A DNA stretch of 64,000 nt. Origin: Octopus sinensis. Taxonomy: Eukaryota. Location: contig NC_042998.1 in assembly GCF_006345805.1 (NCBI RefSeq), positions 199,578,001 through 199,642,000 on the forward strand, read 5' to 3'. The position numbers were made by a program, and so were the translations under genes. Below are positions 53,831 to 64,000 of this stretch, one piece after another. The notes beneath the pieces are model-generated. The model saw only the letters and a list, made by a program, of their open reading frames with translations, searched no databases and was not told the origin of the DNA. Position 1 is the stretch's first letter; each line of letters opens with the position of its first letter.

Positions 53831-55294
53831 AATTTTCTTCGTCGTCTTTTGTGATTGGTATTCTAATTAGGAAACGCTTTTTTCTGATACATTTTGATCT
53901 AATATTTGGGTGTTTTGACTTAGAATGTACACGAAAACTTTCATAAACAATATGAAAATACTTTGTATATGTTATACATCTATAATACATATTTATGTAA
54001 TGAACATTTAGTACATATATAACACGTGTCTAGGTGTTGGAGTTTGGTTAAATAATATTCAATTAACAAGTTCTCTTTCGTGAAATATATAATGTCTGGA
54101 AACGATTAACAATATTTATGACAAATAAATGTCTATATATCCTAGAAGTTTCGATTTCGTATTGGTTTTAAAAGATTCCTCATGTCAAACCGCATGTAGA
54201 AGCAGGTGTCGTTTTAATTTGGGAGGTGTAATTTTGGTAACATTTGGTAATTAAAAGACATGAACGGATTTTATATGAATTTTTGTTTTAACTAGACAAA
54301 TTAAGTAATTAGGACTGCTTAATTAATCAGTCGATCAATCGATCAGTCAATCAATCAATCAACCATTTAGTTTGTCAGAATTCTTTCATCACCATCCTCG
54401 ACAGCATTTGTAAGCTACTCAAGTTATGCTAGGTATGGCACCTACTATATTCCATGCTACTTAGCACAGTTCACCGATGACAGAACAGGCATATTATTAA
54501 AGGATTCTCAGTCGTTACCATTCCTTCTTTAGCTTGTCATTTGCGACTGAAATCTTCAATGTACCATTATATTATTGAAACCGTTACAGTATAATTGCAG
54601 GGTATTTTCCTACTGTTGCAGGGTATTTTCTATCTAGCTGTGCGAAAAGTATAGGGTACCTCGTTACCTCTGAAAGTATTAGTATGTAACATATATAAGA
54701 GAGTTTAAAAAACAATTTCGAGGAAGCAAACGTATGTGTGATTTGTTCTGTAAGTCAGTAAGAAATATATGTACATCAATGTGGGAATGTCCACCACACT
54801 TTAATTCTAATGATCTTTGAAGCAGTTATAATTCAGGTCAGTTGTCGTTCATGCCAAGCAATAAAATATTCATAGGACATTTCTACTCTAGGGCATCAGT
54901 TTTAAGACGTATAATGATCGGATGTAACGCGAACTTAAAAATGAAAATATTTCACACGCTAATAAGTAGTTTTGACATTAAGTAGAGAGCAGGGTCAGAT
55001 CGAAGGAAAGCGAAAATATCGACAGGTAGCAGGATCAAGTGAGGGTGATATTAAATCTTAAAGTGTCTGAAATTTATTTTGTGTAGGAAAAGCTAACAAA
55101 AATATCGAAATTTTTAGAAATAATTATAAATTGGCATCTAATGAAAGATCGTTAAAATATTCAGAAAACTGCCATTATTAATATTTCAAGAAACTTAAAA
55201 TTATTAAAGAAATTTGGGCAATCATTCTTGAATTGAGCATCATCAAGATCACCTTGTGTTATCTTAAAGTTGCTAATTTGATATGATTACAATT

Positions 55295-55535
55295 AAGATG
55301 ATAATGATGATAAAGATGTGGTTGATGGTGATCATGATAACGGTGTAAGTTAGAGATGATGATGATTACGATGACATTAGTGCATGTGCTAGGGCGGAAT
55401 TAACATGATGGTAATGTTAATGACGACGATGGTGATGGTGGTGGGGATGATGAATATGAATATGATGATGATGAAGATGATGATGGTGGTGGTGGTGGTG
55501 ATAATGATGATGATGATGATGATGATGGTGATGAT
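55295..55535. repeat. (ATG/GTG)n microsatellite
   Basis: Direct. Confidence 0.88.
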
Positions 55536-57069
55536 GCCTACATTGGTGAAGCTAAAAATGTTTATGAAAATAAAATATAGGGCTAAAAGAATGTGATGGT
55601 TTGCTTTGAAATAAGCATGAGAGGCAACTGTTGACTCTGCTATGATAAACAAGAATACGTAATCAGCAAATTAGTAATGATGATGTGATAACGATGATTT
55701 GTGAGAGAGCAACGAAACAGCATAATTTGTACTCTTGTAACAACAAATAAATTACTAAACTTCTGACTGGTATTTTGCTTTATCGATCCAAGAAAAACGA
55801 AAAGCAAAGTTAACTACGACAGCATTAGAACTTCGAATGTAAAGATATATAATTAAATACTACTTGATACGTTTCGCTGATTTTAAATAAATATCATATC
55901 AAAGCCTGGAGATTTCTCTGCGTTTTAAAGAATATATCATCTAAAACCTACTTTCTGTTCCTAAAATATCGGATCTAAGCAAAATTACATGTTTTAAGTT
56001 ATCATATGAGGTACTTTTCAGATATGCTCTAAGGCTGCTAATTCGACACTCTTGTGCAGCACATTGGGCAGCTGTCTTCTAATATTTTGGATCCACCAGA
56101 GATGTGTAATAGTAATTTGGGAGAGAAAACTACGTCGAAGACAGTTGGTGGGAACATTCGAAGAGTGCATCGCAATCATTCGCACCACGTCTCTGGTTAG
56201 AGCTTGGCTTCCAATCTCTCTTCCACTAGTCATAGAAGTGCTGAAAACAGTCACATGGGTTTCCTTTTCTCTTCCAATTGAGCCATCTGTCATGTCTTCA
56301 GACATGAACTTTCATCCCCTCTGTCTCACACATGATTTAGTATGTGACTGAATCGTTACTGCTGTGGCCAATATTCAAGTCTATCGTGTAACTTCTCACC
56401 TTGTTTTGCCCAGTATTTTCTGTCCCCTCGTTGCCTGGTTGTCACCCAAGTATTTAAGCTTTGAGTTCTTATCTGTTCTATAAACACAGTGGGTTATCGC
56501 CACATAAACTTTAGAAACCTTCCTGTGTTCTGCCATCTTCTGAAAGCTTTGACTTATTTTTGTTTTATTTATATAGAACGCTTTATGAATTCGCAGAGGA
56601 AACCACATCGCTGCAGGACCTGCAAATACTTATACATATTTCCTAAGTTTCCTGGTCGCACGACAATATTTTACAATGGGTTCCGTAATTGCTCCTTGAA
56701 ATACTTTCTTTACTGTTATTGTTAATGTACTGTTAATGCATTTGGCAATATATATGTTTGAGCAAGAGTGAAGTCAAGCGGCGTAGTGGTTGGGAAGTTT
56801 CGACTCACATATAAAAAAATCGTGGAATGAATTAATTTCTGGGCCAACCAATGTCTTGTATACTTCAGTGATGTACTTAATTTCTCGTTACCTGTCAATT
56901 GCTGCTGCAGACTTCTCCCCCACCATTTTGGTCGAGTCAGTTCCTTGATTTATAAATATGTATGTAAACCTAAATAGTATGTTTCGGCCCAAAGTTGGCC
57001 CAGGCCAGGTCTAGCTTAATAGCAGCACTTGATAGGATCTGTTAAGTCATTTTAAATTCCAGTTTTCTG

Positions 57070-57290
57070 GTATCATGGTCCATTCATGTAGAGACATGTT
57101 GATCACTGTGATGTATCTAGGTATAGGTGGCTCTTCTGATATCCCTTGAATAAATTTGTCCAAGTTTCGTTTGAAGGTGATGGGATCTTTTTTTTTTCTT
57201 TGATTTGTTATGGGATAATGTTATATAGGACAGGGCCTGCTGAGGGAAATAAATTGTATTGCAGTGAAATTATACGTTGTTCTGTCTGAT
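57070..57290 (-). mobile_element. CR1-clade LINE 3' end fragment
   Basis: AGPVLYNIIP*QIKE...DPITFKRNLDKFIQGISEEP resembles the CR1 ORF2 C-terminus. Confidence 0.6.
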
Positions 57291-58604
57291 TTTTTGGTAT
57301 TTACCCAGTTTTCTTCAGCAACTCTTTGATAGTCGTTGTAGGTTTCCAAGATGTCTGCAGGTGATATTTTTCTAATTGTAAGCCTCCTTATTTTCTGTTA
57401 AATTTGGATGTTGTTGGTGGTAGTATCTTAATTGCTTGATGTTTTTTATATTGAGTCTTTACGATTCTTCTGGTGATAGTTTGTTCTCCCTTGGGAGCGT
57501 ATTGTGAGTTTCGTCGGAGCGTGTTATGAATATTCATAAATGACAATATGCTCAAAATTCTGACATGTTTTCCAGTATCTACCTGTTGTATAGAAGTCCG
57601 AATTTCTGAGATAAGGCTGAGTGGAATGAGGTCAAATGACGAAACAAAAGTGGGCGCTATTTGCAGCTGGATAACGCATTATCGAGGTTACCACTCACTG
57701 GTGCCATGGAGTTAGAGGGTGCTCTAAACTCATTGACCAGAATAGCTTCTAGCTGTTCCATGTGCGTGTACACCATATAGAGTGTTCTCGTGATCTCTGA
57801 TTTTATTCTCAATATTTTAATCTGTTCCGTAACAAGACTGCGAAGCTATTCTTTCAACGATTTTATTGTAAATATGGCTGTTTCACCGTCCTTAGGGTAC
57901 ATAACCCAACATTTATTAGAGCTGTAATTTAATTTTCTACCCAATGGCATTTTAACTATACAATACAGATATAGAGTCAAAACAAAGGTCCAAACCTAAT
58001 CACGATTAAAACAAAAACATGTAACAAAAGTAGAAATAGCAGCGATACAATGGACCCTGGAAGCTAAAGTTTATCTTGGAGGAAGAAGTCTTACTGCAGC
58101 GCATAGAAAATTGCTAGTAACTCAATTTCAAGGAATTTAGAAGAGTTCTAAGCCACAGAACTCAGATGAAATATTTGACATATTGAATTATAAGCAAAAA
58201 GAGATTATAACAGATTTGTGTGCTGTTGTTAAATCGTTAAAATGTCTTTTCCTCGATACAAATTTAATTGCTAATAATAAATTAGTGAAGACAACTCTTT
58301 AGAACATTGAGCGAATTCTGAAGGTTTTGTGTTTAGTTATTCTTATTTAACTAAAATAGCAGTTATGATAACCATTCAGACTTAATCAAATAGTGCATAT
58401 TAGACTACATTAGTCAATATGCCCATCCCTTTTGAAAAGATAGTTTGGTACCATTGAGGTTCGGCGACTGTTTGTATGAAGATGCATGATCGCGCATAGG
58501 TTTCTTTACTGGATGCTACGACGTAAATGCTTTATGTTTTATCTGTCATAAAGACGCTGTTTCATAGATATATCTTAAAATCGTTATGTCATTAAAATTA
58601 TATA

Positions 58605-59019
58605 TATTTCTTTACTGCCCACAAAGGGCTAAACATAGAGAGGAAACACAAGGACAGGTAAAGGGATTAAGTCGATTGCATCAACCTCAGTGCGAAACTG
58701 GTACTTTATTTATCGACCCCGGAAGGATTTTAGGCAAAGTCGACCTCGGCGGAATTTGAACTCGGAACGTAACGACAAACGAAATACCTATTTCTTTATT
58801 ACCCACAAGGGGCAAAACATAGAGGGGACAAACAAGGATAGACAAACGGATTAAGTCGATTACATCGACCCCAGTGAGTAACTGGTACTTAATTCATCCA
58901 CCCCGAAAGGATGAAAGGCAAAGTCCACCTCGGCGGAATTTGAACTCAGAACGTAACGACAGACTAAATACCTCTAAGCATTTCGCTCGGCGTGCTAACG
59001 TTTCTGCCAGCTCGCCGCC
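58605..59019 (-). mobile_element. SINE family A dimer
   Basis: Two units joined at gaaatacctatttc. Confidence 0.87.
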
Positions 59020-59582
59020 CATGTCTATAAAATTATATATCAAGTGACAAGTCAGTGTAACTGCATCCATTCTACTTGAATATACCACGAGCGAATTTAC
59101 ACGTATTGCGAAAAGAAATAGGAAGTCGTGACAATTTTTCTATCTGTTGAGTGTATTAATTTAACATGTGAGTGTGTGTGGCTATGTATTTGGAATTCGA
59201 ATAATTTCTGAGTTAAAAATATTCTATTGAGGTCATCATTGCTTTTCACTGATTCTCGGTCGATCGAAAATAGGCAACTGCCTTATTTTTGGTACAGAGA
59301 AACTTTACAAAGGAACTATTCGTGTGACTTTAGTTTTAGTTTAAACGTTTGTGGACGTATGATAGTATGAAAATCACCATGTAAGCTGAATAATCGATTC
59401 TGATTTGTGAAAATTTCATTCAGAATCATAATCTCACTTTGCCCCCTGTAAAATATGATACGAACCAGGTATATAACCTGCCCCCCCCCCATTTACATAG
59501 AGAGAGAAATGATATGCTAAAATCTTTATGATTTGCTTTCAGTAGTAGCAAAGAAAGTGAATCAAAATGACTTTAGTTGAGA

Positions 59583-59975
59583 TTAGCAGTATCGCCCGGC
59601 GTTGCTCGGGTTTGTTTCGACCATTTAGAATTGGAATTTTTGAAAAGTAAAAGTTTTGCATTATGTAGCTTGTTATTCTCTTTAAGTGAACATTTTTCTG
59701 GTTGAAATACACCAAAAAATGGCGACACAGCAGTCAAAAAATTGTAAAAAACAGGGATTTTCATAGTAAAAAAAGCACCTTTTTGATGTAAATAATTTTT
59801 GGTGTTAAGATATTCCGATTTGAATTTTATCTCCTACGGAAGGAAGAGCAAGTCTTCTTCTATCATACTTTCAATTCTGGTCAACTTGCGCCGCAGGGTC
59901 TCGGAGGAGATGGTATTAGTTTAAGGCTACCTAACCTGCCACACACTGACAACTTCAGCTTTATATATAGAGAGA
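59583..59975 (-). mobile_element. Non-autonomous Helitron (same 3' end as 21178/22714, different body)
   Basis: Minus strand TCTCTCTATATATAAAG...caaacccgagcaacgccgggcgatactgCTAA. Confidence 0.78.
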
Positions 59976-61199
59976 TTAGAAATGAAGTTCATTGATCCCG
60001 TTTATCGGTGTCTCAATTAGACAGTACGTTACTCACAGCAATTGCACTAAAATGCTGGAAGATAAATAATCAAGGTAACAGTAATGAGAAGCTTCACTGC
60101 ATCTGAAAGTTGCTTTTGTAAAACTGGAAGCTTTTCTATGAACGATGCAAACAGAAGAAGACGACCTGCTAAATGTATCTTAAATTTTGCTGGCTTTTTG
60201 TATGAGTCTGGCAAAGAAATGAATCATTTGTAACATTTAATTTCTACCGTTACGACACACGTATTACCTAACGGAATATAGCGCTTTTGCCACAGAGTCT
60301 AATGAATTATTTTACCAATAATTTTCTCCGCAATAAACCACATAGGGAACTTTCTTTGCGAACACAGCTTAATCCTTGAAAGTAATTTTCATGTGTTATG
60401 TTAACACGTTAGAGATGAAACAGCGAATAAACTTGGAAACCCTTATACAAATCAAATATTCTGAGATGTTTTCATTGTTCTCCCTTTTGAATGTTTTGGA
60501 ATTTTAAGAACCTTTCTGTATGAAGTTAAAATATAATCATGTTATAAATATTCAAGGAATTGCTAATACAATTCATTTGTTCCATTTTAACTCATGTTTC
60601 AAATTATAGATTTATGAACTGTTAATTGATTTTGTTATTTATTCTAAACCCTTGTGGCCAATAAAGAAATAGTTATTTATTCTAATCACATTTCTCTGAT
60701 TGTCACTTAGTTTCTCAGAAGAAAAAAAAAACTGGAAACAAATGAAACCTAATGAAGTTCGTCAAACATGTAAAGCCATTAGTTTTTCTTTCTCTTATCT
60801 CGTAGTGCAGATGAATAACAGAATAAACCGTGCGCATCTCCAATCCAAATGTCAAAAGCAGCTGATAATGAAAGGAAATAAAAAGTGAACATTTCATGAA
60901 TTGCTTGAATACAAAATAAGAAGACGCACAACATCAAAATTAAATCATATAAAATTTAAAACACAATGGAAAATTACAAAAAATAATGAACCACAACAAA
61001 GGATAACAAATGATTCAGTAAAGTACTGAACGCTTTAATTTAACTGACTGCTTTTGAAAACAGTGTTTATCTTCAAATAACAACAAGTGCAGTTCATATT
61101 TAATCTATATCCTTCACAAATTCACTTACACTCCTCTACACTCTGTGTATGCGCTCTGTAAATAATAGATCTAATGATACATACATACCTACATGAGTT

Positions 61200-61398
61200 G
61201 CCATGATAGATCGTTAGCCACTACACACATTTTTTCTCTCCTTGTTCCTCTCCTTATTTTTTCTGTGTCCCTTTCGGTAGAAGAGCGTAGGCTCGAAATG
61301 TAAAAGACTTTTTCTATTCCCGAGCGTTATACTAATACATCTGTTTATTTTGTACACCACCTGTCTTCGTCTTATGTTTTTTTCGTAAACTCTGCCTA
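61200..61398 (+). mobile_element. Solo PLE pLTR related to 27535-27750, with degenerate HHR (61271-61307)
   Basis: ctttCGGTAGAagagcgtaggctcGAAatgtaaaagac; flanks align by eye with the reverse complement of the 27.5 kb pLTR. Confidence 0.75.
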
Positions 61399-61428
61399 CA
61401 TACATACATACATACATACACATACGCG

Positions 61429-61473
<45 letters not shown>

Positions 61474-61985
61474 ACACACACACACACATCTTCACCGATC
61501 ATATGATGTTGGCAAAAATGTATTTTTTCTTTAAGACCAGGTAAGTTGATTTTCTACTAATCTCAAGTATAACCCACATTAAATCACTGATGTAGGATGA
61601 TCCTGCTGCTACATATACAGAAACTGAATATCCCCAATGAAGTATCATCAGACAGGTAAAGATTAACTCAACAGCCTTGTACTACGAACTGACTGACAGA
61701 CGCATTACCTTCGCTGTATCTCTTTGTCTTTCTCTTACAAAACTTTCAAGAGCTTAAGATTTCCTCACATCGAAGTTCACTTGATACACGTTTTGTTTCT
61801 TTTATCATCTTTCTACAAATTTCACAATCTTCAGCTCTTCCTCATGGTATCAAACCGATCAATCTACCTTGGCAGGGATGAAGTTGATACTTCCTTCATC
61901 TCAAAATAGATTGAAGTGTAAATATCAATGTGTGCTGCTCAGTGAAATTTTCTCCACTTTTTATTCTAATTTTCATTATCACATA

Positions 61986-62410
61986 CTCTCTTTTACTCTT
62001 TTACTTGTTTCAGTCATTTGACTGCGGCCATGCTGGAGCACCGCCTTTAATCGAGCGACTCGACCCCGGGACTTATTCTTTTGTAAGCCCAGTACTTATT
62101 CTATCGGTATCTTTTTGCCGAACCGCTAAGTAACGGGGACATAAACACACCAGCATTGGTTGTCAAGCAATGCTAGGGGGACAAACACACAAACATACAC
62201 AAACATACACACAAACATACACACACACATATATATATACATATATACGACGGGCTTCTTTCAGTTTCCGTCTACCAAATCCACTCACAAGGCCTTGGTT
62301 GGCCCGAGGCTATAGTAGAAGACACTTGCCCAAGGTGCCACGCAGTGGGACTGAACCCGGAACCATGTGGTTGGTAAGCAAGGTACTTACCACACAGTCA
62401 CTCCTGCGCC
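61986..62410 (-). mobile_element. SINE family B
   Basis: Full copy. Confidence 0.9.
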
Positions 62411-64000
62411 TATAGCTGCATTTCTTCAATAAGTTTAAAAAAGAGGCGTCCCACACTGTTAAAATGCCTTTTCTGTTCATCAACATTTGTCTTGTACATT
62501 TCATAGAGCGAAAGGTTGCACGAAAAATGTTACATTGTAATTAACAGTGAATTTGATGATAAACAGAATTAAACCAGTTTGCCGAAATTTAATAATCGTT
62601 GCAATACTAACTTGTGAGTCGTTTACCTTTATCTAACTTTTAATTTCTTTAGTGATTCCTTAAATTTGCATAAATGGAGTGAATTGCCTTCCCATGAAAA
62701 TTGGAAGCAAGTTAAAGTCAACTGGTGTTTATCAGGTTCATCGATACCTCCCCCCGCTTCATGTGCTGTGCGCACGTATCGACGAACATGGATAGCTACC
62801 CTTTCAACCTCACTCATTACTTTGTTATTGTTCCGGTCTTTCTCTAATCAACTTGTAAATCCATTGATTATCTTCTGTTTTCACTGTGTCTTTCAATCAA
62901 ATCCTTAGTTATCACCAAAAGTTCAAAGTTTCCCTCCCTATATGTTGTCTAATGAACTTAACAAGTCTTCTTATATCACTAAGAATATTTCGTTCGTTTC
63001 TGCTCGGAGAAGGACTTCAAAGTGTGTTATATTTAATTCTTCCAGAGTTGATTAAATAAAGTACCAGCCAAATAGTAGTGACTCTATTCCTATGAACGAT
63101 CAATAGTACTAGAAAAAAAATGTAATAGAAATTATAAAGAACCTGGACAAGCGATAAGAAGTCCTGCTTTGACGCTGGGTTTCAAGACGATTGGTATCGG
63201 CAATGATGCTTCATTACATGACCGCATGGTTTAGTGGAGAAAGTGAAGAAGAAAACCGGTTTTTGTACGGGTTACAGAGACTTGGTCTGAATACTTCCAA
63301 CAGAGTGATTGTTCAGGGTACCAGACAGTGCTGTTAAACTGGGCTAGAGAGCTAGTGTACAACTCAAGAAGAAATGCAGCCCTTCAAAGTTTCCCTTCCT
63401 ATATGTTGTCTAATGAACTTAACAAGTTTTCTTATATCACTAAGAAGGTTCCGTTCGTTTCTGCATGGTGACATGTGAACGATATCAATGGCATAACTTA
63501 AATTATGAAATATGGGAAATGCGGTATGCAAAAAGTGCAGAAAATATTACACGAAATTGTATATTGAAGACGTCTGGTTTCAAAGATATCTAACATAAAA
63601 CTCGTTGAGATTAGACTAAGATATTACAGATTAGAACTAGATATTCACAGACTCAAAATTTTGAACTCACTCATTTGGAATAAGATTTTATGCCATAGTA
63701 ATTACCGATAACGGTAATGATGCTATTTATCCAAATATTCTGTGCAGCCATATATCTTGTACGATTAAGAGATATTCAACATTTAATGTACAAGATGCTA
63801 GTCTATCTCAGGAAACGTTTAAAACTAAATCTACTCATTATTTCTTATAGGTCTGTAAAGTAAAGCATACTGACACAATGAAATTCGTAGAACAGATTTT
63901 TGGCAATATTCCTAAGTCAACGTGCTGTAACATGGAGACATTAAACACACAGTAACGGATCATTGAATTGCAAACTAACGAAATTGCTGCAGGTCATTTG

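Noticed and set aside
56018-56725. Short ORFs possibly from a LINE or host exon (also 62629-62908)
   Set aside because: No recognisable motif or convincing splice structure; left unassigned.

Overview
AT-rich, repeat-dominated eukaryotic non-coding DNA. It is most likely octopus/cephalopod, inferred from three abundant tRNA-derived SINE families and heavy TA/TATC microsatellite load. I found no intact host gene; nearly all listed ORFs are microsatellite, satellite or SINE artefacts. Recognisable content: about 25 SINE copies, two decayed Penelope-like elements (PLEs; RT and/or GIY-YIG), a Tx1/L1-type LINE 3' end inserted in (TATC)n, a CCHC-knuckle ORF1 remnant, R4/Dong and CR1 fragments, a Tc1/mariner relic, three non-autonomous Helitrons and a 2.35 kb A-tract satellite. 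The most notable signal is nine type I hammerhead-ribozyme (HHR) folds, some degenerate, in about six repeat families. They include apparent natural covariants of the core 3:8 pair (C3:G8, G3:C8, U3:A8), a fold-back element joining tRNA-like Pol III heads to an HHR tail, and a retrozyme-like 570 bp unit. All folds and alignments were made by eye; no activity is demonstrated.
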